Origin: Camelus ferus
Taxonomy: Eukaryota
NCBI RefSeq assembly: GCF_009834535.1
Contig: NC_045705.1
Coordinates: forward strand, 54,622,001 to 54,686,000
Direction: 5' to 3'
DNA: 64,000 nt
In this document: one piece after another, positions 1 to 12,670 of the stretch
Position numbering within the stretch: the stretch's first letter is position 1
Layout of the letters: the number at the start of each line of letters is the position of its first letter
Made by a program: the position numbers and the translations under genes
Notes under the pieces: generated by a model
What the model was told of the DNA's origin: nothing
The model's input: the letters and a program-made list of their open reading frames with translations, nothing else
Database searches by the model: none

Positions 1-72
1 TCTGACTTACAGTTCTTCCAGCCCAGATGCAATTTATCATTCAGGAGCCGTTTTCATTATAACCCTCAAGGC

Positions 73-279
73 CAGTGGTTCTCAGGGGCAATTTTGCCAA
101 CATGGAAAATTTGGCAATGCCTGGAGGCAGCTTTGGTTGTCACAACTCGGGACATTACTGGCATCTAGTGGGTAGAGGCCAGGGATGCTGCTAAATGTCC
201 TGCAGTGCACAGGACACTCCTTTATAACAAATAATTATCCAGTCCCAAATGTCCATAATTCTGAGGTTAAGAAACTCTG
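73..279 (+). mobile_element. MER20-like hAT-Charlie DNA transposon, near full length
   Basis: Begins CAGTGGTTCTCA, contains GGCATCTAGTGGGTAGAGGCCAGGGATGCTGCTAAA and ends GAGGTTAAGAAACTCTG, colinear with the recalled MER20 consensus. Confidence 0.85.
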
Positions 280-287
280 CTGTAGTC

Positions 288-506
288 AGTACATAGTGGC
301 TAAGAGTATATCCTTTGGAGTTGTACTAACGTGAGTTTAAATCCCAGCTGTATTAGTTACTACATGTACGAACTTGAGCAAATTATTTAACAAAAGCTTG
401 AGTTTTCTCAACTTTAAAATGAATATAACAATACCTACCTGATTGAAATACAGCGATTAAAAGAACACTCATCTCACTTCTTGGCAGACAATAAGCACTC
501 AACAGA
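288..506 (+). mobile_element. MIR SINE
   Basis: CATAGTGGCTAAGAG...AATCCCAGCT...TGAGCAAATTATTTAAC...TAAAATG...TACCTACCT...AAGCACTCAA follows the MIR consensus order. Confidence 0.7.
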
Positions 507-1129
507 TTATTACATACACACAGGTGTGACCGCTTGTATGTGTCTTACAAACTGGCCAAAAGTTTGTGCACAAAAGTATTTCCTGACCTCATCTATTGGC
601 AATGTCCACCCAAACAGATCATTCAACATTCAAATAAGGATTAGTAAGCAGAGCGGAGGAAGGATATATAAAGACCTCTGAAAAGGCACTGTGGTAGAAG
701 AAAAAATGCACAATGCTAAAGAGTTAGGGCAAGGAAAAAAAAAGAAGTTTGGAAATGAGCAGAATCCGTAAGACTAAAGGAAAAAAAAGAAAAAGTGATC
801 CAGCTGATAGGTAATTTACACGAAGGTAGAGGTCAATAATTCTGATACTGCTATAGACATATGCTAGAAATGAATAATAAGTAAATAGATCACGATACAA
901 AACTTCTCCAAAGCTTAAGGAAAGTACAGTTTCATTAAAAAAAAAAAAAAAAGAGGTTTTCCAAAGTGCTGAAGAGGTATCACTGAGTCTCAGCAAAGAA
1001 TGAACTATGGGCCCAGATACTTTAAGAATTAACATACAGGAAGAAAGAAAAAAAGGTTCACATCACATGTTAAAAATAAAATGAAAAACCAAGTAAGTGT
1101 GAAAAAAAAGCAGGTTTAACAACAACAAT

Positions 1130-1930
1130 ATCCATTGTAACAATAAATGTACTGAGTAAAAACTTCAACTCCACTTTGTAAAAACACAATAGACATCCAA
1201 AACTAAAAAAAATCCAAAGCTGAAGGTAAAGGGATGATTAAAAAAATAACAAGCAAATGTAAACAACAACAAAATACACAGGATGTATTGAATTAACAGC
1301 GCCAGTGAATAAAATTAGACAAAGAGGAAACTTTCAATGACTGAAGGTCCAATTCAATGATCTATGACTGTTATTAAGTGAACCAAATAACACAACTGAA
1401 ACAGATTTACAGCAAAACTTTCAGAAAACAAGAGATGCAATCAACAGTAACACAACAGAAACAGGAGACTACGGCAACTCTCTCAGTCCTTAACTAATTA
1501 AGCTAAAATTAATAGCAGAGCCGACACGAATAACATGCTTAGTCCAACACATAAAACCAGACAGAATGCAGTTTCAATTCAAACACTTGTGAAAATGCTT
1601 ATAAAATCTGCTATTTATTAAGCTACCAAAGAACTCCTCAATAAAGAAGTAAACACAAGCGGTGCAAACCACATTTATTACCAGAATGAACACTAAAGTT
1701 TAACACCAAATAGAAAAAAACAATTTCAACTACTTTGAAATTTAACTTTTGCTTCTAAAAACAACTCAAATTAAAAACACTCCAAACACTGCATTTCAAA
1801 TCTATAGAGCACAGCCCAAACTCTACTGTTAGGCAATGGCAAACCCATACATGTATAATTCAAGGAGAATGAGATGAATTAAACATTCAACTCAAAGTGA
1901 GAAAAAGCAACAAAATATACTAGGGGGTTA
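1130..1930 (+). mobile_element. Ancient degraded L1 (ORF2 endonuclease region)
   Basis: A-rich strand with remnants such as GCTGAAGGTAAAGGGATG, AGACAAAGAGG...GAAGGTCCAATTCAA and ACAGGAGACT matching the L1 ORF2 5' region; no open frame. Confidence 0.55.
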
Positions 1931-2749
1931 AAGGTTAAAAAATTAATAAATCACTCAGTATAAGTAATTATAAAGCCAGGAGGACAGATTAGAGATGTTC
2001 AGGATGACATGCTCACATTTACAGTTTCAAAGGAGCAACAGTCTGGATGACAGAATGTCCAAGGTATGGCCGTGACTGCAAGAAGCTTAAGTAGTCTGTA
2101 AGTGACAACTACTGGAATAAAGTCAAGAACCATTAAGGTTTAAACTCTCAAGTACTGACTAGACCCCTTTGAGGAAGATGGTGAGACTCAGGATGAAGAC
2201 TTAAAAGACACTGAGCCAGAACCACTGGGAGGGAGGGAGGGCTCAATAGACAGCAATCTGGAGAGTTAAAAGAACCAGCTGACACAAGTTCATAGGATTT
2301 TACAGCGTCAAGGAACTTGAACAGGTGATAATTATAGGGAAAGGGTAGCATCTGTCTGTGAAGAGGGTTGTTTTTAATCGAATAGGTAATAGGCAAAGCA
2401 GCAGCTTGAGGTAGGGAGAATCCTTCACCTTTTCAGATTAGCTCGGGTACGGAGGAACAGAAAGCAGTGTGCAAATGTGTGACTGAAAAAGAGGTGCCTG
2501 GAAGTTTTAATGTCTGGGGAGTGGCCAGGAATGACGGGGAGACGAAGGCAAGTTGGAATGACCTTTTCTCCATTCCCTTTTCCAGTTGTTCCAGTCACCT
2601 CTGGTATGGAATCCACACCAGTCCTTCCCAAACCAGCTGAGCAAGATACACTCACCAAGTTAAGCTCCTGGAGATTGCCCCCACGACAGAATGGACGAGA
2701 GGACGGCAGAACTGGATCTAGAACACAGCCGTCCGGTTTCCCATGCCTA

Positions 2750-3400
2750 ATCCTCCGTATCTCTCCTCTCTCATACACTCACTTCTTTCCCCAGCCTACA
2801 TTTCCACCGCTACACAGCCCGCGCCCTTCTCCAGGTTCTCCCGCGGAGCCTGCGGAGCGCAGAGCCTGCGGAGCGCAGAGCCGGGATCCAGGGAACTGCG
2901 AACACGCGGAGGAGACCTGCGCGGTCGGGGTGGACGCCCTCAAGCGGGACTTGCAGTTCCACGCATCCGCGTCCTCGCCGCCCGCTGTCCAGCGTGATAC
3001 CTGCAAGCTTGGCTCCCAGGGCTCGGTTCTGTCACACCCAGGAGCCGGTTCAGAGGAGGCGCCGAAGTCGCGGACCCTGCCGAAGAAAGGAGCTTGCGTC
3101 GGAAATCACGCCAGAACCTAGAACTTGGCGCTACCCTCGGCCCCTACACACACAGACTCGCTGTACGTCTTCTAAATGCCAAGGCGCACGCCGGCGCACT
3201 CCCGCGCACGCGTACCAGCCTTAGACGGAGCCCCCAGAAGCCCCCGCGGCCCAAGTTTGTAAAGTAGACCCGGGGGCGGGGGCTCCCGGCCCCGCCCCTT
3301 CCCAGGCCCCGCCCACCTCATAGTCCAGCGTCCGACGCTAGGGCCGAGAAGGGCCGGCTGTGCTTAGGTTAGGTGGGAGGCGGGCTGCCAAGCTTCTGGC
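2750..3400 (-). promoter_or_regulatory. CpG-island promoter and non-coding 5' exon region of a leftward-transcribed gene, probably ZNF215 (synteny inference only)
   Basis: Only CpG-dense, GC-rich island in the window; GC boxes (GGGGCGGGG ~3273, CCCCGCCCC ~3291, CCCCGCCC ~3308); NRF1-like CGCGCACGCG ~3201; minus-strand GTGAG donors at 2783/2782 and 2656/2655. In human, ZNF215 starts a few kb downstream of OR2D3 on the same strand, as here. Confidence 0.65.
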
Positions 3401-3649
3401 GCTTCCTCCATCCCCATCTAGGAAAACTGGCCCAAATCTTTCTTACCTTCTCCCCGCCACCCACCCGCCTCCACCATTTTCCTGGAATAAAAAAACAGTG
3501 AAATCATTTAGAAATAATTTAGAAATGATATCGTCTTGTGTATAACATGGTTTAACTTTTTTTTTTTTCCTGGTTTACTGATTCGTTCATTGATGCACAC
3601 ATTCACTCAGTTTTGTATCGCGGTGAATAATGTTGCAGAAGATCATTGA

Positions 3650-3890
3650 GTTCATTTTTGGCTTATTGCCTGAGAGATACTTGGTGACATCCAAGAATCA
3701 TTTAAAATAGGCAATTGAATATCCAAGTATCTGGAGTTTAGAGGTGTCTGGGACCAGATGTAAAATTTGTGTCAATTCTGGGTAGTTGGTAGTCAATACT
3801 ATGGGGATGGGGAGGGGAGGGATGAGACTTCAGAAAGAGAGAAAACAGTAGAAGGACGGAGTCTAGGATTGAGCCCCAGAGGAAGAATTC
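3650..3890 (-). mobile_element. L2 LINE fragment
   Basis: GACATCCAAG...TAGGCAATTGAATAT...TCTGGAGTTTAGAGG is the antisense L2 3' signature. Confidence 0.55.
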
Positions 3891-3978
3891 AAACTAGTAA
3901 ATCAGGGAAAGTCTCCCAGGGAGGAAGCTTTAAATCTAGGCCATGAGTTAACCAATGTAAAACAAGACAGGAACCAGA

Positions 3979-3982
<4 letters not shown>

Positions 3983-4014
<32 letters not shown>
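3983..4014. repeat. (TG)16 microsatellite
   Basis: Perfect TG dinucleotide run read directly. Confidence 0.95.
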
Positions 4015-4016
<2 letters not shown>

Positions 4017-4390
4017 GGCCAACCTCCTCTGTACTCATTACTATCACAAGCGAATTTTAAATATCATCTCACTTATCACCACAACACTAGGAAGGCATTA
4101 TCAGCCCCAAATTTATAGAAACTAAAAGATAGCAAAGCTGAGCTTCAAGCTCACATCACTTCATACATATTCCCTCAATGCTTCAAGATCTAGAGGGCCA
4201 TTAGTAAGATATGACCAAAGTATGGAATGATATTTTCCAAGATTAGGGGTATGGTGTGTGCCATGAATTGTTTGTGATGGGATTGACCTTTATAATGTCA
4301 TATTTAACCAGATAGGCAAAATAAAAATTTTGACTTGTAAGTATTGCCAGTAAACAGGCTCAATCATAGACTTCAATTGAGAGTGCATGT

Positions 4391-4481
4391 ATGAATATAT
4401 GTATATTCATATGTGACTGAAAAATTGTGCTGTACACCAGAAATTGACACAGCATTGTAAACCGACTATAACTCAAAAAAA
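4391..4481 (+). mobile_element. Very short 5'-truncated L1 3' end with poly(A)
   Basis: GTGCTGTACACCAGAAATTGACACAGCATTGTAAACCGACTATAACTC plus A-tail; flanked by direct repeat AGAGTGCATGT at 4380-4390 and 4482-4492. Confidence 0.85.
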
Positions 4482-4489
4482 AGAGTGCA

Positions 4490-4798
4490 TGTGGAATATA
4501 AAGAAAAATGATATACATGAATTTATTTACAAAACAGAAGACTCACAGATATAAAAAACAAACCAAAGGTGAAGTGGGGAGGAATAAATTAGGAATCTGG
4601 GATTAGCAGATACGAACAACTGTTTATAAAATAAATAAACAGCAAGGTCCTAATGTATAGCACAGGGAACTACATTCACTATCTTGTAATAACCTATAAT
4701 GAAAAAGATTATATGAATATATATGTATTACTGAATCACTATGGCGTACACCAGAAACATGCAACATTGTAAATGACTATACTTGGATTTTAAAAAAA
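4490..4798 (+). mobile_element. 5'-truncated L1 3'UTR
   Basis: ACAAAACAGAAGACTCACAGA...GTATAGCACAGGGAACTAC...GACTATACTT plus A-tail; direct repeat AGAGTGCA at 4482-4489 and 4799-4806. Confidence 0.85.
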
Positions 4799-6134
4799 AG
4801 AGTGCAGAAAAATGGAAAAGGTGACAAGTAAGGGTTAGAATGACCAGCCTTCCTGTCATACCTCTTATAGATAGGAGGTTTCTGACCATGTGTCTTCAAA
4901 GATCCGCATGGACGGTGCTCTTTAACTGAACAAGGGTCATTTTCAGTTTGCAGTCACCTCAAGTAAAGATCCAGCTATTTTTTTAATGTTATAACTTTAT
5001 AAGGTTTCTCTCAATATATGACTTTCATTATAAAGCCATCTAGTGTAAGGAAGGCCCTAGATCCTTAAGCTGCTTCGAATTGTTTGTTACATATTTCTTT
5101 CTATGATCATGAAATATAGATCATCTAAATGAGAACCTGTCTTCTGAACTAGTTCCTTAAGATGCAAAGAATTATTTGCTAAGAACTCCACTCCCTTCTG
5201 TCATCATGAAAACCTCATCTCCATATTTAAGAAAAAATATAGAGAAACTTGATCTGAATTTAGGCCAACACTTCCCCTGACCACTTATATATTCATTCAG
5301 CAAATTTTTGTTAAGAATTTAATTTGTGGCAAATACTGCACTAGCAATTGAAAATATATTAGTAAATACAATCAAATGAAGACTGTCATAAGGACTAACA
5401 GAAGCATTCCATATGCTAAGCTACTGTATTTCTTCAGCCAACATTCTGTGCTCTACACATCCTCAGAATACTGTGTTGTGCAGATTGTGAATTGAATGGT
5501 CAGTTTGGGATTTGTAGATAGTCCAGATAGGAGTAGGGGTGATTTGGCTTCATGGGCCATGTATTATAAACATTTGTCAATTTTTGACTTCTGATCATTT
5601 CAATACTCTTTCTATAATTATAGTCTTCTGTGAGTCTGGTGGGGAGTTAGAATGTCTCCCTTCATAGAAACTGAATACACCTGTATTCACTTTTTTTGTC
5701 TTCACTGCAGCTAGGGCACAGCCTGTAACTTGGCCTTGATCAATTAAACACAGCCAGTGTAGACTTTGCATTAAGATCTAGTGATATGAAAAAGCAAGGA
5801 CACCAAACAGTTTCTTTCCTTTTATTTTTTTTTAAAATAGACTATTTAGGTCAGTTTTAGAGTTACAGAAAAACTGAGAAGATACAGTTCAACAAGTTCC
5901 CATAAACGCCCCCCCCTGACTTTTCCTTACTATTGACATCTTACATTATTACTGACACATTTAATAGGACTGATACCTTATTATTAATTTATGTACTAAA
6001 TTTTTTCTTTAGAAGCTTCTTGGCCCTTTATTTCCCCTCTACCTCCATAGCAGGAGAGGTAGTAGTTTTTATTGGTAACGTGAAAACACCCCATAGGCAT
6101 CTATTTGAATGAGATGGAACATGATTCTCTCAGC

Positions 6135-6240
6135 TTTTCACTTACCCATTGCTGCATAACAAACCATCTCAAAACTTAGTGCCTTAAAACAGCAATCGTT
6201 TTATTTTGCTTATAATTTTGTGGGTTCAGAATTTGGAAGA
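6135..6240. mobile_element. MLT1-family (MaLR) LTR end fragment
   Basis: ATTGCTGCATAACAAACCATCTCAAAACTTAGTGCCTTAAAACA...GTGGGTTCAGAATT is typical of an MLT1 terminus. Confidence 0.6.
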
Positions 6241-6317
6241 TGAGGATGGCAACTATTGGTAAAGGCGATATTTAAGATACAACCATGGGAATGAATGGTT
6301 AAGGTCATTGGAGGAAG

Positions 6318-6833
6318 TGTTACTGACTCCAAATTCATTCTGCTCACTGCGCAACAGGGCAATAAATTGGGAGACGAGGTGTTGGGGCAAGGAAGAATGA
6401 CTTTATTCAGAAAGCTGGCAGACCTAGAAGATGGCAGACTAATGTCCTAAGAATCATCTTACCGAAGTCAGAATTTAGGATCCTTTTATACTAAAAAGGG
6501 GAGGGGGTATGTTTTGTTGTTGCAAACTTCTTGGTGTCAGAATCCTTTGTTCTTGCAGCTGTCCAAGTAGGTCAGGTCATGATGTTCCTGTAAATCTCCA
6601 ACAAGACAAATGTTATCCTCTGTTCTGCAACTTTTTATGTCTATATGAATGGAAAAGTTTTATAGCCTTAAAGATCAGAGCCTTGAGAATGGGCTTTCCT
6701 GTATATTTTAGGCTGTAGGCAATATTCTTTTACAAAAGGTGCAGAACAGCATGACTCAGCACAGGAAACAGCACAGGGTTAGAGCTAAAGGAACATACCT
6801 AATATGGAGTCAGATTTGTTCTTCCCTATTACA
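6318..6833 (-). mobile_element. Solo LTR (ERV1-like), 516 bp
   Basis: TG...CA termini, near 4-bp TSD (GAAG/GAAT), minus-strand TATAAAA at 6490-6484 and AATAAA at 6407-6402; interrupts an L2-like remnant. Confidence 0.7.
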
Positions 6834-8774
6834 GAATGAAGATCAAGAAATTCTGAGAATGCAAAATATTTGAATATTTCATTCTATGTGAAATTAAAAA
6901 TAGCCATTATTCATAACAGAAGCAGTGTGTTGGGGAATGTGGCAGTGAACCAGGGGTTAAAGTCTTTAGGAAAAGGGGGGAGAGACCTAGAAATCTAAAA
7001 TAAAATTAAAAAAAAATTTAAAGACCGCAGTCCCACTTTCCCAGCTGTACTCTATTTCTCCCTTCTTCCTGATGGTGAAACTTCTCCAAATTAGTTTCTG
7101 TACTTTCTGCTTACATTTTCTTATTTTTTCTGCTGTTACTGAAGTAGCTCTCACCTAGATCATCACTGGCAGCCAAGTCACCGATTTCAACTATAAATTT
7201 TTTTCCTTGTCTATATCACTTCAACTAGCACCTGTTGTTTGAATGAGGATTTTTCTCTGATTTTCACATCCCAGAATTACAGTTTGTCTATTGTAGTGCA
7301 CTTGCAGTAATTTTAAAAGGACAGAAACATGCAAAACATGTGTAAAAATACATGATGTGTCAGTCATTGCTGTGGGTGCGTTGGATCCACCCAGAGCTGG
7401 ATAAGGTAAAACGAAGTAAGAGCTTAAACAATGGTTTTTAAATGATTGCATTGATGCACAAACGCACACAGGAAAGAAATAGGAGGTTTAGCTACTAGGT
7501 GTCTCTTCACCGGGGAGGTTTTCTACTGTAAAGTCAATTTGAGATCTGCTGTTCCTGGGCCTGTCTTCATGGTAACTATAGAATGGTTACCATAGAATCC
7601 CTTGTAAATGTGTGATTGGTTAAAGTTTGGGTAAAAAAGCCAAGTGGCTGTCAGTCAGTTTATTTGAACTAAGAGTTTGTAGGAACCTGCAATGGACTGC
7701 AGAATTGACCATTCTAGAGAAGTTGAGCCACACTGAGATGTGGTTAGAGGCATCTAAGCCTAAGGAGGGGTCAGCCTAGGATTGGTAAACTCCACTTTCT
7801 AAAATTCTAATTTCTATTGTGCTTCCAGAAGAGATAGTCATTGGGTGAACTGGACTCATTCGGAGGAGGATGACGAGAATGACTATTGGACACCAAAGCA
7901 TGTTAGATAAAGGAATTTTAAAGGAACAAGCAGGTGGTTAGCTGTGAGAATTGGGTTGTGGGAAAGGTGGGTTGAAGACATAGGAAAATTGATTTTGATT
8001 TATCATAAGGAAGATCTTTCTAATAGTGAAAAAAAAAATCTATATACAAAAGGAAATGGCCCTAGAGCATAGGGAGCTAGCTATACTGTTCTTGTTTAGG
8101 CAAATGCTGGACAATTACTCAATAGAAATATTGTGAAGGGGTTTAAGCCTCAGACGTATGTTTGGATTAGATGACTGTTGAATTCCCTTTTTACTCTGAT
8201 AGTCTGTGCTTATATGGACTTTGAAGATATAAAAAAAACTCATTTTCTGGAGCTTTCAGGAGAGAACATCATGAGCTAGGAAGTAGTGTTGCCTCTGGTA
8301 CCTTTTTACAAGCTGAAATGCTCTGGACCGTGAACGATCCTAGTATTAAAGACTCTGCCAACTATGTTGATTGCTTTAATCAGAGGCTATTCCTGGGTTT
8401 GTAGGACTGGGACATCCAAACTTGAAATGTCTGTGATGTTAGAATCATGCCTGCAATTCACATTAGATGTTATCTCAGGATAATCTACTTTAAGCCACTT
8501 AGATTCAAGAGTGATTGTGCTTAAAACATGTCCACTTTAGCTGAATTAACCAAAAACTCCTTCAAAATAGTACTTAATGCTTTTCATAATCTAGAAATAA
8601 CCACATGTTTCATCCTTTTACTTCTCCTCTATGTTTAGTATGTGTAGTCACAGTTTCTGGAACATGTCCCTTACTTTTATGCTTCTTCCTGAAATGACCT
8701 AATTCATAACCACCTACTGAAATCCTGTTTCTCTTTGAAGGATGTCACCATTGCTCTAAAAGTCAGACCCAAGG

Positions 8775-9720
8775 TCACCACCCCAGAGAAAAGGACTTTC
8801 TTCCAGTTAGCCTCCTGAGAGCTCCTTTGACATCCTTGTTTCTCAGGCTATAAATTATGGGGTTCAACATTGGAGTCACTACTGTATAGAACACAGATAT
8901 CACCTTATCCTGCACTTTTGTGGTCTTGGAGTTTGGCCGCATGTAGGTGAATATTCCTGACCCATAAAAGAGGACAACAACAGTGAAATGGGAGCCACAG
9001 GTAGAGAAAGCCTTGAGCCTCCCCTCCCCAGACTGCATCCGGATCACAGTAGAGATGATATTCCAGTAGGAGACAAGAATCAGGGAGACAGGAGCTAAGA
9101 GGATGACCACACCCATTGCAAAGATGGCCATTTCTGTCCTGTGAGTATCTGCAGAAGCCAGCTTCAGGAGGGCAGGGAGTTCACAAAAGTAGTGATTGAT
9201 AATGTTCTGTCCTTGATAGGGAAGTTGGAAAGTAACGGTGGTATCTACCAGAGACACTAGTGCGCCACTGGCCCAGGACCCTAGGGCCAACTGAAGACAT
9301 ACCTGTTGGGTNNNNNNNNNNNNNNNNNNNNNNNNNNNNNNNNNNNNNNNNNNNNNNNNNNNNNNNNNNNNNNNNNNNNNNNNNNNNNNNNNNNNNNNNN
9401 NNNNNNNNNNNNNNNNNNNNNNNNNNNNNNNNNNNNNNNNNNNNNTAGTTTTCCTCTTTACCAGGAAGTGGACCAACACTTGCGGGACAATGCTAGTAGA
9501 GAAACAGAGATCTGTGAAAGATAGGTTTCTAAGAAAAAAGTACATGGGGGTGTGAAGTCGAGAATCCATGAAGATGAGAATGATGATGAACAGGTTTCCA
9601 AGCACCGTCAACAGATAAATGATGAGGAAAAGAATGAACAGCAGGATCTGGGTCTGCAAGTCCTGTGAAAGGCCGAGGAAGATAAACTCAGCCTACAAAG
9701 GTGTGGTTTTCTTCTCCCAT
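8775..9720 (-). pseudogene. OR2D3: Olfactory receptor OR2D3 ortholog with one +1 frameshift near codon 10 (possible sequence error) and a 133-N run over TM3
   Basis: ATG GGA GAA GAA AAC at 9720 (MGEEN) is 61 nt from the long frame, so off by +1 (GTAGGCTGAG vs GTAGCTGAG). The long frame has [18 protein letters not shown] and [15 protein letters not shown] and matches recalled human OR2D3. Removing one base gives 314 aa. Candidate acceptor CCTTTTGTTTGTGCCAG at 9744/9743. Confidence 0.85.
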
Positions 9721-10229
9721 TGACATTTATGCTCGTTAACCTTCTGGCACAAACAAAAGGAACAAACTTTGGGTTTATGACAGCAAGCCCTGTAGAAGAG
9801 GTTCATTTAAAGCTTGATTTTAAAGCCCAGTTGGATATTTCTAGCTTTTTGCAACACAACTTGTTCCAATGGATACTAAATAGAATATATTTATTCTTAT
9901 TAGTTGGTTGTAGTTTAACTCCACTTAATTTTTTTCCAAATCTTCTCTCATAGTGCCACTTATTTACAGACAGAATATGACGTTAAAGCCTTCTTGGCAA
10001 GTTCTGATATGAGGACTTTAGAGTTCATGTGGATTGGACTAAGTGGCTATACACATTGTTGTTAGGAAGTGACCATGTATACTGTTAGGACTATCACCTT
10101 GCATGAAACTGCACCACTAACTGTTCAAAATACTACATATTTAACTATAACAGATGCTTGAAAAATGTGAAACAGTTTTCAGGCATCAAATTTAATTTGA
10201 CCTCTTAAAAAACAACAAACTTTTCTTGG

Positions 10230-10380
10230 GTTTAACACATGTCAGGCATTACTTTAAGAGTTTTATATGATTATATTGTCCTGATAACATTACAAGGTAG
10301 ACACTAGTTAACTTATTTTGCACATGAGAAAACTGAGGCACAGAGAAGTTAAATCACACAATTAATAAATGGTAGAATTC
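10230..10380 (-). mobile_element. MIR fragment
   Basis: GAGAAAACTGAGGCACAGAGAAGTTAAAT core motif. Confidence 0.6.
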
Positions 10381-10690
10381 ATTAGCTGTATAATATATAA
10401 AGACAGTGTAGAGAATAAGACATTTTTTGTACAAGGCAAGTGAATAGAAAAGTTAGTACAATATTTCTGGAAAACAATTTTGTCAAATACATTAAATGAC
10501 TCAAATATTCATATGCTTTGATCCAGTTTTCAATAGTATGGGGAAGGGAAAATTTTCCTTTTTCACTAGTGTTTTCTTCCTCATAAGGAGTAAAATCTGA
10601 TTTGTAACATTCTAGGATGTTGATTGGTCCATGTTTACTACTGGGTAGGGTTCCTGTGCTTTCTATTTCTTCTCCTCTTCCCGGGATTGG

Positions 10691-11155
10691 TCTGACAGAA
10701 GATGTGATATATACACAAAGGAATATTACTTGGCCATAAAAAAGAACAACATTCTGCCATTTACAACAACATACATGGACCTAGATTGTATTATGCTTAG
10801 TGAAATAAGTCCGACAGAGAAAGGCAAACACTGTATGATATCACCTATTTGTGGAATCTAAAAATAAAATAAATTAATGGATATAATAAAACAGAAACAG
10901 ACTCACAGATATAGAGAACAAACTAGTGGTTACCAAAGGGGAGAGAGGGAAGGGGCAAGACAGGGGTAGAAGATTAAGAGGTATCAACTACTTTTGTATA
11001 AAATAAATAAGCAACAAGGATATATTGTACAGCACATGAAATATAGCCAATGTTTTATAGTAAATTTAAATAGACTATAATCTATAAAAATACTGAATCA
11101 CTATGTTGTACACCTGAAACTAATATAATGTTGTAAATCAACTATACTTCAATAA
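10691..11155 (+). mobile_element. L1 3'UTR (L1MA-like)
   Basis: GGCCATAAAAAAGAA...CATGGACCTAGA...CTTAGTGAAATAAGTC...CAACTATACTTCAATAAAAA. Confidence 0.85.
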
Positions 11156-11164
11156 AAAGTGAAT

Positions 11165-11470
11165 AAAGAACACGTTGAATACACATACAGTGAAACATTA
11201 TTCACCCTTAATGCTATTTATCGCAACATGGGTGAAGTTGGAGGATATTATACTAAGTGAAATAAGCCAGATACAGAAGCATAAGTACTACATGGTATCA
11301 CTTCTGTGAGGAATCTAAAACAGTCACACTCATAGAAGCAGAGAGTGGCGTGGTGGTTGCCAGGGGCTGTCGGGAGGAGGAAATGAGGGGCTATTAGTCA
11401 AAGGCGCTAGGTTTCAGTTGCACAAGATGAGTAAGTCCCAGAGATGTGCTGTACAGCATAGTCCTGTAGT
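11165..11470 (+). mobile_element. Older L1 3'UTR fragment (L1MA/MB-like)
   Basis: GCAACATGGGTGAAGTTGGAGGATATTATACTAAGTGAAATAAGCCAG...GTGGTTGCCAGGGGCTG...TTTCAGTT...GCTGTACAGCAT. Confidence 0.75.
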
Positions 11471-12429
11471 TATTCACAGAACCATCTCCTCTGCCATAAT
11501 TATTTCTGAAATTCCACAGGGAATAACTTAACCTGTTCTCAGCACTGTCAGCTTCGAAGTAACACCTGTCATTTTCTTTTTTCCCTTCTCTTGCTGTCTA
11601 GGTGTTATCTGAGCACTACTGTTTCCTCTGTACCCTACAAATAATGATTATTAATAGCAGTAATAATAATAATGACAATAATCTTCCATTGGTGCTCACC
11701 AAAAGTGGTTTCACTACTGCCTTAGGGACCAATGGTAATATATATTTTCAAAATGTACAGAAAATCCTGAACAAAAAAATTCCTAAAATGTTGAGAGTGG
11801 TTTATTCTGGGTACTGGAATTACAGAAGCTTATTTTTCTTCTTTTCTAATGTTTTTGGTGCTTTAAAGTTGTTGTTTTAAAGGCCATATATTTCCAGTAT
11901 AGGAAAAATATAAAAATAGGAAAATCTCAAGGGTATTTCCTGGAGGATGCTCTAAACTAAAGTCACTTGATTGCTTCTACTTTCAGCCTTGATAAAGTAA
12001 GTGGAACAAGACTAGCCATCTTGCCAGAGGCAAATATAAAACAAAATAGACAACAGTCATTTTCAGACATTGGACAACAGCCAGCTCAAAACATAGTCCT
12101 CTATAAGGAGATTAGCTAAAGTGAAAATCAATTGAAATCACCTGCTGTATATTGGAGAGTGGGGCAAGCAGATATGAAATATGTAGGCATGTGCATTTAC
12201 AAAATCTCTTTGGAAAGTAGTCTGAAAATATTACAAAATTCCAAAATGAGCTTATCTTTTTTTCTTGAATAATGCTACTTTCAGGACTTTATATTTTGGA
12301 ATTAATTACAGATATGCAAAAAGCTTTGTTTCACATAGAGAGTTTTTTTCCAAAAAAAAAAAAAACCGTTAAAGTCTAACAATAGATGATATGTGAAATA
12401 AATTATAGATTTCCTGCATAACGTAAGTT

Positions 12430-12670
12430 ATAGAGCAGAGAGAACTGGGTAAGAGTGATGATGTCTGAGTCACACAGACATGGATTGGATCCATCTTCCC
12501 CCATTTCTTAGCTCTGTGACCCTGGACAAATTATTCAGCTCCTGCATGCCTCAGTCTCTTAATGTAAAATGGATCTAACACCACAACTTCATTGTACGAA
12601 TGGAAAGACTGAATTAAGAACTTAATGGAAAACAGTTTGCTCAACGTCTGGCAACTACATTAAAGAAATG
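12430..12670 (+). mobile_element. MIR
   Basis: TAGCTCTGTGACCCTGGACAAATTATTCAGCTCCTGCATGCCTCAGTCTCTTAATGTAAAATGG. Confidence 0.65.

Noticed and set aside
2510-3121. 203-aa plus-strand ORF and overlapping ORFs
   Set aside because: Stop-poor frames are expected in a CpG island; the product is Pro/Arg/Ser-rich with no recognisable domain.
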